A stretch of 63,999 nt of DNA, filler included, from Basidiobolus ranarum (lineage: Eukaryota), in NCBI GenBank assembly GCA_040143965.1. It is 28 parts of 28 records of this genome, joined end to end, with 100 filler letters (N's around TTAATTAATTAA, not from the genome) between each part and the next. Parts side by side here need not be neighbours in the genome. Positions count along the whole stretch, not along the records: positions 36,703 to 38,892 come from JASJQH010003661.1; positions 38,993 to 41,180 come from JASJQH010003662.1; positions 41,281 to 43,467 come from JASJQH010003663.1; positions 43,568 to 45,754 come from JASJQH010003664.1; positions 45,855 to 48,040 come from JASJQH010003665.1; positions 48,141 to 50,326 come from JASJQH010003666.1; 22 more parts are not named here. The stretch is one strand, 5' to 3'. The translations under genes and the position numbers were made by a program. The notes under the pieces were generated by a model. That model saw only the letters and a program-made list of their open reading frames with translations. It did no database searches and was not told the DNA's origin. Below are positions 36,603-48,799 of the stretch, piece after piece (position 1 is the stretch's first letter; every line of letters starts with the position of its first letter).

Positions 36603-37809
36603 NNNNNNNNNNNNNNNNNNNNNNNNNNNNNNNNNNNNNNNNNNNNTTAATTAATTAANNNNNNNNNNNNNNNNNNNNNNNNNNNNNNNNNNNNNNNNNN
36701 NNACTACAAATCTCCAGCAAAGCTGAATTTTTTATACTGGAAGCTTAAAAACATCAATAAGAGATATATTCTTCACACTATCTTGAAAGGGTAAAGACTT
36801 ACTTAGTATGTCAATAGCTTGAAGACTTTATGAGAAAAGATTATTTCTGATAATAGAACTTGCAAGAATCCTAATACTACAAAGGTACATAAAACTCTGG
36901 TGGTTTCTCTAACTTGAAGTCTGAAGAAAAAGATATAGTTCTTTTGAGATTGACAAAAACTATGATTAAAAGTTAGATATATTTTATGGCTGTAAAGGGA
37001 AGGTAACTATGAAAGAATCTGAACTGCAAACCTCAATAGTCAAGCCTAGTTGAGTTGCAATAGGAATCTTTATTATCTAACTATGATACAGGTTAGACTA
37101 TCTGGTTGAGGAAAGGATGAAGAATATGGTGCAGTTTTGGATGGTGCTGAGGCTAGAAGCTCTTTCACTAAGGGGAAGGGTTGCTTATATAACGAAATTG
37201 CTTAGAATAAATGCTATAAATTGGTGGTTGAGAATACATGCTATGAGTGGGTGGCTAAGCATTGAAATGCCAATAAGATCACTAATATGACAGCTGTAGC
37301 TTTGAAACTTTGAACACAATAGCATCAAGTACTGTTGCAGCTTTGTGCAAAATGTAAAGAGAATCCATCAGCCGGTTCAAGAGTTAGCACTAATTTTGTG
37401 AGCATCTTGAGTTCCTAATTCCTGTTTTCTGGATATATGCTAGTGGTGATATTTGTGTTGGCAATTTTAAAATAGTTGTAGCTCCACCAATATTTGATCA
37501 AATCTTACAATTCTTGCATAGTTGCAAAGTTCTAATTCAGGAGTTTTGATTGCAGCTTGCGTGACTGTAATAAGTCAAGTATTGCTGTGCTTGCAAGCAA
37601 TTAAATATTCTTGTTCTTTTTCTTGATCCCTAACATTTTATAAGATAGCAATAGATAATTTTCTTCCTACTTATTACATGGAAGATATTGTTGAAATATT
37701 TCTCACACTACAAGCTCCCCTGAGTTGATATATAATGCCCTCATTATATCCTTGGAAGTTCTGATCTTTTGTCGTGCCATCTTATCTCTTGTTGGATTCT
37801 TTGCTCTTA

Positions 37810-38706
37810 TTTCATCCAACAAAGATTTACATATTGTTGGTATGAACTCTTCTAGAACTCTGATCATTGCTCTTTGATATGTTTGCACTGAGTTAGTCCA
37901 ACCTTGTGGAATTCTGGTCATTCTGATTAAGCCAATTGGTGTATCCATTGCTGTATAGTCTCTAGAGTCAGGATGTAGCAGCAGTTGATCATATCCTGAG
38001 TATAGATCTAAAGTAGTGAGCAATGGATATCCAGAAAAGGACTCAATATACTCATGTCTAACAGGTGGTTGCATAGCATCTTTGATTGTTACTTTGTTTA
38101 GCTGCTGGACATCTTGAATAAATCTGAGTTTTCCATTCTTTTTGAGTGGTGTAAACCATGGATTTCTATATGGTCCATAGCTATATTCAATTACTCCACT
38201 TTTGAATCTAGACTTGAGCATACTGACAACTTGTTCCATCAATCTTGCTGGTATTGGATATGTTCTTAGTGCCCAAGGTACATGTTCTATTGTATGTATC
38301 TTCACTGGAGGAAAATATTTGGTTGATAAGCATCCTCTCTCTTCATCAGTGTAGGCAAAGACATGGTCATATTTCTTTAGCATATTCAAGAATAGTGCTT
38401 TCTCTTCTGTTGTTAAGGTTGTACCAAGATGAATTGCCTGTAATCTTTGTTCTGTAAGACAAGTTGTACTTTTCTTTAGTAGTTCCACTACTGCATCACT
38501 ATATTCAGCTGACGGATGCTTTCTGGATACTGGCTTTACTCTCTGACTTAGAGGCTTGTATTTTGTATTTGAATGTGGAGTTGTGTTTTTGGTTTAGAAG
38601 TATTGTATGTAAGCACTTGTCTCTGTTGTTCTCTGATAGCTAGTGGCTCATCTGAGAAGTTTCTGATATGTATACTTTCATTAGCACAGAAAGTAGTTCT
38701 TCTTTT
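37810..38706 (-). pseudogene. Ty3/gypsy reverse transcriptase fragment, bounded upstream by LTR B (38707-38892)
   Basis: PWFTPLKKNGKLRFIQDVQQLN, TLDLYSGYDQ, RIPQGWTNS; breaks off at the expected xxDD motif. Confidence 0.9.
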
Positions 38707-38992
38707 TATTGGGAAAATATGGGCTGTTTGGAGGAACTTTTGAAAAGTGGAGTTGTCAATAGCTTTGTGAGATATTATTTTTTGTCCAGAAATAAAGCAT
38801 TTATACTTTTTGGTGGAAATACAGAAAACTAACACTGGGGTTGTGTTCAGAACATCTGTGGGAGTAAAATGAGCTATCTTTGGGGCAATTTGNNNNNNNN
38901 NNNNNNNNNNNNNNNNNNNNNNNNNNNNNNNNNNNNTTAATTAATTAANNNNNNNNNNNNNNNNNNNNNNNNNNNNNNNNNNNNNNNNNNNN

Positions 38993-41180
38993 CATCAACA
39001 TTGTACGCTTTTGAGCCCCACTTAGGATCCACTTGTTGACTGGGATGAAGTGGGTCAACTGCATGTCCTTGCTGCCCTTCATTACGCTGTGCTTTGGCTA
39101 ATGCTTGTTCAGTAGCAATCGCAAGTTGATTGTCAAGGTTTGTCATCATCTCGATGAGCTTCTCCGGGACTACTTGCTCAATGACCTTCTTCACCCGTGA
39201 ATTGATGATGGGCGACAGTAGCTTGTACGTGGTATCCCGCTTAGATCCATGAATCTTCAGTTTGAGGTCATTCACCCGCGTGTTGCAGTCCAGAACCTTG
39301 TAGACATGCGCTTTATCCATTTCTGCCGGGTTCGTGTCCAATGTCATGTCAAGCTCAATCCCATCCTCAGGCATATTCAAGTCGATGTAGCCTACATCCG
39401 ATAGCTTGGGGAAGGTCTTCTTCTTGTAATAAAAGGCGACATTCGATGCTTCAACCTGGACATGTGTGAATTTGATGAACACCTTGTTGTGCAGGTTTTG
39501 CTTGGCATCAGGGTTCGTATCTAGGACGGTGTCGGTCTTCAGATGGACAAAGTTCGGGGCGATATTGCTGCACTTGATGACCACATTGTCCAGCACCATG
39601 TCTATCTTCTCATCGGATTGCTCAATACGTGGGAGTGGAAGATACTCCAGCTTCTGGGCTATGACTGGGATCAGTTTGGCAAAGTCTTTGATCAAATCAT
39701 ACCTGACGGTGGGATTGCCGCTGTCGTCGAGGAACAGACTTTGGGTCAACGCCTCAAGATCACTCGCAAAACGCTGGGTGGTGCGGTCCGATTGGATGGC
39801 TTTATTGAAATCGGACGCTTCCCGACTGATCTTCTCGAATTGACCTCGGTACTTGCCCTCGGCAATGTTGTGCGCACGCTCAATCAAGCGATTGGCATCA
39901 TCAGTGTATCCTTGACGGTCAACATACTCATTCTCACGGATTGAGCGAAGAATGAACGTCTTCACATCCTCGACATATTGGCTGAGATCTCTATCATTAT
40001 CCAGACGATCGGAGAGTTCCTTGAACGAGCTCAACAATGGGTCAAGTGATTTGTTGCCGGCGAAATTCTCCACAAGCTCCTTCGCATTGGCCTGCGCAAT
40101 CTCCAAGTCATCCGCTCCAGCTTCTTGTTTGGAGTTCGCTGTTTCCTGTAACTTGTCTGAGGTTCTCTGGCCGTGTCTCTTGAGACGCGAGAGAATATCC
40201 ATCAACTCGTCAACTGCCGACTGAAACTCAGGGTTCCCTTGTACCTCCCTCAGTACAGCTTTCATTCTGTTGATTAAATGGTCACGCTGCTCAGGGTTAA
40301 GCTCAACATTGGATAGCTTCTGTTCCAGACCTGTCTTCATTTCCTTAGCAGCACCAGTGACAGCATCCGTGGCTGAGATGTTCCCTTGTTCCGCTTGCTC
40401 TACATATGGTCGGGCTGTTTCCTTGGCCTGGAAATAGGTGGGTGCTGCAGCATCTCGTACAGTGGATTGCATAGTGTTGGCCGCTTCTCTTGGATCCATC
40501 TCATTCCCTTGCTGGTTTGCTTGGTGTGGGTCTGTTCTAGTCTGTGGATAAGTGGACTGTCCACTAGCTGGGTCCACGGTGGTTTGGCCCTGTTGTCCTG
40601 GATGTCCTGGAACATTGGACTGCACCACCTCTTGGAAAAGATTGGTCACATCATTGATCAGTCGACGGAACTGTGATGAAGTGACCAGCAACCAGGCCAC
40701 ACGAGAGATACGGTCGGCTCCTTCACTGGCAAGGTTCCCTGCCTCATTAGCCTGTCCCGCCAATTCACTGCGAGTCTGTTGTATGTCATTTCCTCCCTTC
40801 ATCGTTTGACCAGCCAGTCCGCTGTGATAGAGGGCGTTTTGTAATTGGTTGTCACTATTCTTCTCGGCGAGTATAGTCTGTGTTGACTCGACCAAGCGCT
40901 CAGCATTAGCCATCACCTTCTTCCCTGCTGGGGACATATTGGCTGCAGCATTGTGGAGTGAGTTATCCTCGGTGAGCTTGTTCAGCCCTTGGTTGATTTG
41001 GGTTGTGGTTGGAAGCTTCCCTTCTTGCAGGGCATTGCCCATTTGTTGTAAATGGTCTCTGGTCTGGAGGATTTCAGCTTGTTTAGTACCAGGTTTTGCT
41101 GGTAGAGTTTCCCCAGGGACTCCAATTTTGGTATTTTCATTGACGTTGACCGAATGGTCGTTACGATTAACAGAGTTATC
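38993..41180 (-). CDS. Uncharacterised fungal protein, DUF4449/HAM1-like (S. pombe C32A11.02c type), partial
   Basis: Open across the whole contig; GKLPTTTQI, LFLDDSGNP, YLPLPRIEQSD..DMVLDN, VAFYYKKK..D.G..D. Family recognised from memory. Confidence 0.72.
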
Positions 41181-41890
41181 NNNNNNNNNNNNNNNNNNNN
41201 NNNNNNNNNNNNNNNNNNNNNNNNTTAATTAATTAANNNNNNNNNNNNNNNNNNNNNNNNNNNNNNNNNNNNNNNNNNNNCCCACTCATCCCACTCATCC
41301 CACGCGTAATGACAATGAACTATTTTTACATTTTCATTTTTGATATGATTTAGATACAACTTCACGTTAGAGTTCGTTTTCATTCGGAGTTGTTACCAAA
41401 TGTAGTTCATGTATATTAACTCCATACCCCATTTACTGAATCTCATTTATTCTTGTAGAATTCTTCGTAATATCCGTCAGAAATGAAGTAACCTAAGATT
41501 GAGTTCTCTTACATTAAATACGGGAAGAACATTCTGCATTGAACAAAATAGTAACATAGAACTAATTAAGATTCTTTGTAGTTGTTATTCCGATTCATCC
41601 AACCTATAGGACAATTAGAAATGCCTATTCTCCAATGTTGTATTCGGGAATATTCCACTTACCCAATTAGAGTTCTAATCTTAAAATTAAAGTTAGAGAT
41701 CGCACAACTCGAAGTCTGTATAAATTCCAGGTGTCAACGCCGAGTGTAACCAAGAGAGCTTAGCCTTACAAAGATAGAAATATTCAAAAAAACTAAAAGA
41801 TAGCCAATAGATGAATCTAGAGCGCTAGTTAGGTAAGCTTCTACTATAAATACAACTAGTTCTATCCTGAACCTCAATAAATTCTATACA

Positions 41891-43062
41891 ATGGTTCATA
41901 GTCTTATCAAGTACTCTATCGCTGTTGCTTTGTGCCTTAGTGCTGTCAGCGCTCAAGATTCTGGCAACGGCTTTGTTTTCCAGTGTGACAAGCCTGGTGA
42001 CTTCGCCTTGACTTTCGACGATGGTAAGCGTTATTTCAAATTGATCATTACCCTAGTGTTGTTTCATTCCTTCGACCCTTGACTTATTTCCTTCTTTTTC
42101 AATCTGTAGGTCCAAGTGACTATACTGGTAGCTTACTCAGCATTTTGAGCGAGAAGAATGTGAAGGCTACTTTCTTTGTCTTGGGATCTCAAGTTGCTGA
42201 CAGTGATATTGGTCATTTCGTCAAACAGGCTTATAATGCTGGTCACCAAATAGCTTCTCATACCTATGATCATCAGGATTTGAGCAGCCTTAGCGCCACT
42301 CAGGTGAGACAACAAATGCTTAAAACTGAGGCCGAGGTCAAAAAGCAAATCGGAGTTGCTCCTGCTATGATGAGGCCTCCTTACGGAAACTGCAACCAAA
42401 ACTGTCAAGCAGTGATGAAAGAACTCGGGTATTCTGTTATTCAATGGAACGTCGATTCTGATGACTGGAAATACATGAATAAACCCAGCGAGCATGACAA
42501 ACTCGTCCAAAACATGCTAGATGAGATCAACCCCTCTGACGCTAGCAAAGATAGCTGGATATCACTCCAGCATGATATCCACAAATTCAGTGTTGATAGA
42601 ACCCCAAAGATCGTGGACAGCATCAAGGCTAAGGGATACCGTTTCGTTACTGTTGCTCAATGCCTCAGTAACAGACTACCAGCTTACAAAGGCCAGTCTA
42701 TCACTCCTGAGACTTCATCTTCCACTGCTGTCTCCACTTCCGCTTCTTCTACTGTTCCTTCTGTTTCCACTACCGCCTCTGTTGTTGTTTCTTCTGCTTC
42801 GGCTTCCAGTGATACTTCTTCAGTCTCTTCTGCTTCCGGTGAAGCTTCATCAGTCTCTTCTACTGCTACTGTTTCCCCAAGTGCCTCTTCCGTTGTATCT
42901 ACTGCTGCCTCTTCAGAAAGTACTACTGACACCCAATTAACAACTAGTGCGTCCACTCTTCCCACTGTAGAAGCTGAGGCTACCAGCGGTGGCTTAGTCG
43001 CCTCACCCATGCTATCTTCCTCTTTACTTTTTGCCGCTCTAGCTTTCTTTGCTAGAATCTAA
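41891..43062 (+). CDS. CDA: Chitin deacetylase (CE4) paralog, GPI-type; exons 41891-42023 and 42110-43062
   Basis: Signal peptide, TFDDG|P with the same intron position, HTYDH, RPPYG, DSDDW, LQHD, Ser/Thr tail; TATAAA about 45 bp upstream. Confidence 0.93.
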
Positions 43063-43864
43063 TTTTCGTCGGCTACATTAAAGCATTCATTATAGTGATC
43101 TCATAATTAATTCTCACATTTCCTTACACACCAAGTGGCATAATATCGCATTAGTATATAGTGAATAAAATTCTCACGTTTTAAAAGTAATTTACTTGAT
43201 TTAGTGGACTTTTTTCAATAATGCTATAAATATCATCAATTGTGGTCTGATTTATCCCTCCAGGAATTTAAAATGGAGTCATTTATATTGCAGTCGAAAT
43301 AATATTGCAGTCAAAAATTAGTTTCACAATCACAAGATTTCATGCTAATCGATGGATTTCTGCTATTTTTAGAAAGGATAAGTAGGGAAAAGTGGATGGT
43401 TATTTGTCCAAAGAAATCCACTTTAATACTACCCAAAATATTTCAGGAATCTTCTTTTTGTCCTAAANNNNNNNNNNNNNNNNNNNNNNNNNNNNNNNNN
43501 NNNNNNNNNNNTTAATTAATTAANNNNNNNNNNNNNNNNNNNNNNNNNNNNNNNNNNNNNNNNNNNNCAGTGCACCTGCCACTACATCCTTAATGTTTGA
43601 CCTGTTGCTGCTAATACATCTCACACAAACAGAGATAGATCCATTGTGGAGAAGACTCCATGAGGTGTTAATAATATTGCAGACATCTAATCTCTAGCCC
43701 CATTACACTCTGCCTCCATTACAGGATGGTATCGTATTCAATCACCTTTTGGCCATGGATCCATATATCTTAGTCAATCACCGGGCTTTCAATAAAAGTG
43801 AGCATCTGAATCAATACCTAGCTACTGTTTAACAAGTGGTAAATCGCCATGACATGTTGTAAAC

Positions 43865-44057
43865 TGGCTTTATCGGGGAGAATTTAAACAATGGCTTTAC
43901 CAGGGAGAATTTAAACAATGGAACATAAGTTTATATCAGTTAATGGATATAACATTGAGCAACTGAAAGAACAATTTGATCCTAGCCATTATTGTATAGA
44001 TTTAACCATTGTTGTATAGATTTAACCATTGTTATATAGAATTAACCATTGTTGTAT
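43865..44057. repeat. Short tandem repeats: 27-bp x2 (TGGCTTTA..GGGAGAATTTAAACAA) and 20-bp x3-4 (ATAGATTTAACCATTGTTGT)
   Basis: Read directly from the sequence. Confidence 0.85.
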
Positions 44058-44292
44058 TTTGTGATTGTTTTTTGTGATTATACCGCCCAGCTCAGGCATA
44101 ATTGGGAATGAGTCAACAAGTTCATGATCAATTCTTTACGAACACACATTTGATCTATCTGATGTTCATGGGGATGGTGGCGACGTCACTGAATTACACC
44201 AAATGCTGCTACAACAATTAAATGACAGGCTGTATACTTCTTATCTTAGCCTTTTATGGTTGTATCAGTATCTGTTGATTTCTGGTGATTTT

Positions 44293-44568
44293 TTAATCTA
44301 CACGTGCTGCTGGTTCTTCAATATACCGGGGGTTGCCTTCACTCTCACCTTGATACGAAGCATCGAATGCTAATGTGATATAACCAACTTCTGCTAGTTT
44401 CTCAGCATAAAGGCCGGCTGTTTGATTTTTGCAGCTGCTTCCAGGGTGAACACAAACAATTGCAGGAAGTTTGTCAGTTTCATTTAGATTGTGTGGAATG
44501 TTCAAGATACCAGCGATCTTGAGACCTTGGCGGTCAAAGGTCACATTTTGCTTTTTTACGTTCGTCAT
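44293..44568 (-). pseudogene. Alpha/beta hydrolase (YcjY/dienelactone-hydrolase-like), N-terminal third only
   Basis: PAIVCVHPGSSCKNQTAGLYAEKLA..GYITLAFDASYQGESEG.PR; stops before the nucleophile elbow. Confidence 0.8.
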
Positions 44569-44724
44569 TATGTACTTGCTTGTGTGACTAGGGAAAGGTA
44601 CTGTTGTAAGATTCCAGAGTCCCTAAACTGATTGACTTATATAGCGTTCCATATCACGTGATGATTCACTGCGGAATGATGTTTAGCTCTTTATCGATGG
44701 GCCTTAGTCATTTCAAGACAATAT

Positions 44725-45215
44725 CCTGGAAATTAGGTCAGAAATTTTCCTGTATCTCCCTGGAAATTAGGTCAGAAATTTTCCTGCATCTTCCTGGAAA
44801 TTAGGTCAAGAATTTTACCGCTCAGCCATGACAACAAATAGGTTGAGAATAATAATAGATTAATAGAACAGTAATGTTTGTTTCGATTTGTAGCCATATT
44901 ATTGAGAAATATTTATAATTGTTAATAAAACATGGTATTGTCCTGTAATACAGCCATTGAACATAGTATTGTCCTGCTCGTAAATATGCAATTATCTCAT
45001 AATACAGCTTGTAAGCATAGTATTGTCCTGTAACGCAGCTCAATAACGTGTAATTGTCCTGGAATGCATGTCCGGTAACGCAGCTCAAAAACACGTAATT
45101 CTCCTGTAACGCTAGTCCAAAAACATGCAACTATCCTATAACCCTAGTCCGGAAACATGTTGTGGTCCTGTAACGCATCTTGAAAACCTACAATTGTCCT
45201 GTAACGCAGCTCACA
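44725..45215. repeat. Minisatellites: 34-bp x2.7 (44725-44816) and a degenerate 31-32-bp array of about 9 units (44937-45215, core TTGTCCTGTAACGCAGCTC)
   Basis: Read directly from the sequence. Confidence 0.8.
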
Positions 45216-45552
45216 ATGCTCATAAGCCTTGAGAGACTGATGATGCTCAGACATCGTCAGGGGTTTATGTAGCTCTCAAGTCATCAGTGACTCGCAATCC
45301 TAGCAAGTCCTCAGGTATTTGCAACATTAACAGGTCTTCAGAGACTCATGATGCCAGCAAGCCTACTGAGTCTAATAATATTCACAAATCTTCAGAGACT
45401 CAGAGTTCGGCAGATGAGTTTAAACAAAAGTTATATCCGCCTTTGCAGTTTCCTTCACCTGAAGAACACTCTTCAATATGTTTAGTTTGATGGTTTGTGA
45501 TTTATTCTAAAGTTTGGGTGATATAAGATGTATACATAAAGAGAAAATATGC

Positions 45553-45753
45553 TCAAATTCCTGATCGGCTTAGTTCCGCTTTGAGGTACTTCTGGAACGA
45601 AGGAACGTAGTGATGATTCATGAGCGTGTAATGGGCACCAGGCACATCGATGTAATTGTTAGCCTTTCGAGTGAACCCATCCCATCCTTTAAGCATTCCA
45701 TTCAACCAATCTTCCTTCTTTCCAGCTAGAGGTATGGCATAAAATACTGATAC
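45553..45753 (-). CDS. C-terminal thioesterase end of an A-T-TE NRPS-like enzyme (atromentin/quinone-synthetase type), 5' partial
   Basis: Translated by hand: VSVFYAIPLAGKKEDWLNGMLKGWDGFTRKANNYIDVPGAHYTLMNHHYVPSFQKYLKAELSRSGI*. Absent from the ORF track. Confidence 0.8.
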   Translation of the reverse strand, partial: VSVFYAIPLAGKKEDWLNGMLKGWDGFTRKANNYIDVPGAHYTLMNHHYVPSFQKYLKAELSRSGI

Positions 45754-45854
45754 TNNNNNNNNNNNNNNNNNNNNNNNNNNNNNNNNNNNNNNNNNNNNTT
45801 AATTAATTAANNNNNNNNNNNNNNNNNNNNNNNNNNNNNNNNNNNNNNNNNNNN

Positions 45855-48251
45855 AGTGGTAATTGTGTAAAATTTGAGTTACGTTTTTTGCACATGTGTT
45901 GATCCATAGTTCTCTGAGATTTTAGCCAATCATTTGCAACTATTTTGTGAGATCTTGAAATTTCATTCCTGAAACTGAAAAAATTGATTAAAATCAAATC
46001 TAACTTGACGTTTTTATGACGGTAAGTAAACGGTCAACCCCAAATGGATTAAAATTGTGATGGTTTTCCTAAGATAACAATCCTCAAATTTCTGTTAGGG
46101 TTAATTGTTTGAAAAATATCTCAGCATTGTTTACCCATGGTTCCCAATGCTTTGGGTATATATTAGATTTGCAACTTGTTAGTACACCGGTAAAAAGGTG
46201 GCATAGCCAGAACTTACAATTCATGCACTTCTATGACCTTTAACTGGCCTAAATGTGTAGAGCACTGGGTGAAATATAATAGGACTTGAATTTGCTCACT
46301 TTGTCTTCCTATTTCTCTTCAATGTCAAAGAGTTTATGAAGTCCAAATTTGTCCATGTAAAACTATGTCTTCAATATAGAGTGTCATTGAATCAAGGATA
46401 CATTGTCCACAAAGGAAAGCTGCTGGCCCAGTTAAGACTCTTGAATCAGACAATAGCTGGTTGATGATTAAGTTCTGACACTACTGTAAGCTCACTACTT
46501 GTTGTGCATGCCAAAACTATGTTGCATTCTCTTCAGCTTCCCCCTATTAAGTCAATCTTATGTGTGTTGATATTTGCATAATAGTAATATAAATTTTCCC
46601 ATGATTTCACTTCTTGAATCTGACCAGTTGGCAAAATAACTAGACATTGCGCATTGTGATTTGTTGTGTCCAAGTGAAATGTGGGTAAAAAGTCTCAATC
46701 TTTACCAAACAAAATAAATGCTTAGGTACAGAATCTCAGAACCCTTTAAGCAGAAGATACTGGCTGAGCAGATCAAACCAATATAAATGTGTGAGGAATA
46801 GCAGTGGATTGCTATGTTAGGGTAGAGAGTAGGTTTGCAAAGCTGCTAGGCTTGGTGTTCTGTAGATGCTGATGAGTACTAGGCTTCGATAGAAATGAAA
46901 GGGGAATATGGAATTTGTTGTGTCACACACTTTACCAAAATATTCAGTTACCCTGATAGAAATTTGAGGATTGTTATTGTACTTACCATGATAAAATTAT
47001 CAAGTTATGTTTGATTTTGATCAATTTTTTCAGTTTCAGGAGTGAAATTGCAAGATCTTGCAAAATAGTTGCACATAATTGGCTACAATCTCAGAGAACT
47101 ATGGATCAACACATGTGTGAAAAACATGACTCAAATTTTCCACATTTTTGACTTGAACTCTGATTTATTATCTTTGAAATTCCTAGTTCCTTTGACATAA
47201 TTTCCTGAAGATTGTCATAGAGTTCTTCACACCCAAGGTTTAGCTCACATCCAACACAAGTTTATATCAATGTATCCATCAAAGCCCACCATTGCATTAA
47301 TGCTGCTGAATCAACATTCTTCCAGCTATCTGGCAGATATGCTGCAATATTGTGCCACTCTGTATTATGTTCTTCCCAGATATCTGCATGGTCAACATCA
47401 GACTGAATGTCTAGTTCAATGTTCTTCCTCTGAAGACACTTTCTGCATACTTGCACTGTGATTTCCCTTGCTACTTTTGAAAATACTCCTCAAGTACTTT
47501 GACTATTTTTATACTTCATAGTAGTGTGACACCACTAAGGGTGCTTTGGTGTATTTGTGTGGGTTTTGCTTGCCTTGAACTTTTATACATCCTTAATACA
47601 TAACACTTCTGAGGGTGCTTTGCAATGTTTGTGTGGCTTTTTGCTTGCCTTTAAGCTTGGGGCTATTTTCAACACTTTGAAAAGTATCAGTTGAGATTGG
47701 ACAGCTGTGAGTTTTATTTGCTGGTGTTTTGGCTTGTTGAGAGTTGCCAGGTGTTGGATAAACTTCCAAACTTAGCATACTTCTGATAAAAGTGTTAAGG
47801 GGATTTAGAAGTGCTTTGGACAAGATTTGGATTTGTGAATTAGACACTTAAGTTTTATTGAATTGAATATGTCCTATTTATAGTTTACTATGAAATAGAA
47901 CTTTTGGACATGCTTAGATCATAACAAATATGCCTGTTAAGCATGGGTGAAAATTTGAGGTGATTTGGAGAAGTTTTGAGAAAATAGTGAAAATTGGTAA
48001 AAGTGATCTAATTGATATTTCTATCAATTAGAGCAATAAANNNNNNNNNNNNNNNNNNNNNNNNNNNNNNNNNNNNNNNNNNNNTTAATTAATTAANNNN
48101 NNNNNNNNNNNNNNNNNNNNNNNNNNNNNNNNNNNNNNNNAAAATCAAATCTAACTTGACGATTTTATGATGGTAAGTAAACGGTCAATCCCAAATGGAT
48201 TAAAATTGTGACGGTTTTCCTACGATAACAATCCTCAAATTTCTGTTAGGG
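45855..48251. mobile_element. TE mosaic over two contigs: CACTA end A (to 46100), LTR D piece (46662-46950), CACTA end A plus ORF2 3' part (46951-47783, ORF on minus), LTR C (47784-48040), CACTA end A (48141-48251)
   Basis: TIR matches; ORF2 peptide WEEHNTEWHNIAAYLPDSWKNVD..QWW. Confidence 0.8.
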
Positions 48252-48799
48252 TATTAGCCTCAATAACAGATATAGTGATATTTAAAATTTGAAGTACAAA
48301 TAAGAACAAGCATTGGGACTCTGAAGAGCCATAGCATATTGCCTGTTTCACATTTGTGATTTCCATCTCTTACTCTTGTTTCTCTTAAATGCCATTTAAG
48401 TTGTTCTTTGTTGCCCACTCAACTATTTCTTAAGTGTACTTCAGAGCATAATGTTGACAGCTTAGTAAAGTGTCCAAGAATTATCCCTGTTGATCCTTTT
48501 ATACTGTGTGGCAACTCCATAGGTTCATATACATCTTATGTTTATATAAGTATATTAAGCTGACATTGACATCAGATAACCATCTATATTGTTTTATATA
48601 GCCCAGTAATCAGGTACTCCATGTATCACTAAGATATCACCCACTGTTTTCAGGCAGAATTTTTTTAGAAAATATACACCTGCTTAGAAGTTTAGAGCTA
48701 TACAGATTTTTAGGGTCTGCTAAAAGTCTCAAGTCTGGCACACATGTTTCTAGGACCTTTTTTAAAACATTCCAACCATTGTATACATTACACTACCCA

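Noticed and set aside
37639-37655. CCCTAACA match to the CACTA TIR
   Set aside because: Only 8 bp match and the following sequence resembles neither end A nor end B.
39466-41232. Plus-strand ORFs opposite the 701-aa gene, and similar antisense ORFs over myosin, CDA and WASP
   Set aside because: Shadows of real coding sequence with no independent motifs.
44937-45215. CRISPR-like periodic repeats
   Set aside because: Units are adjacent and degenerate, with no unique spacers and no cas genes, in a eukaryotic context.
41281-45754. A cluster joining the chitin deacetylase with the hydrolase and NRPS-like gene
   Set aside because: A linker at 43468-43567 separates them; only the hydrolase and the TE tail share a contig.
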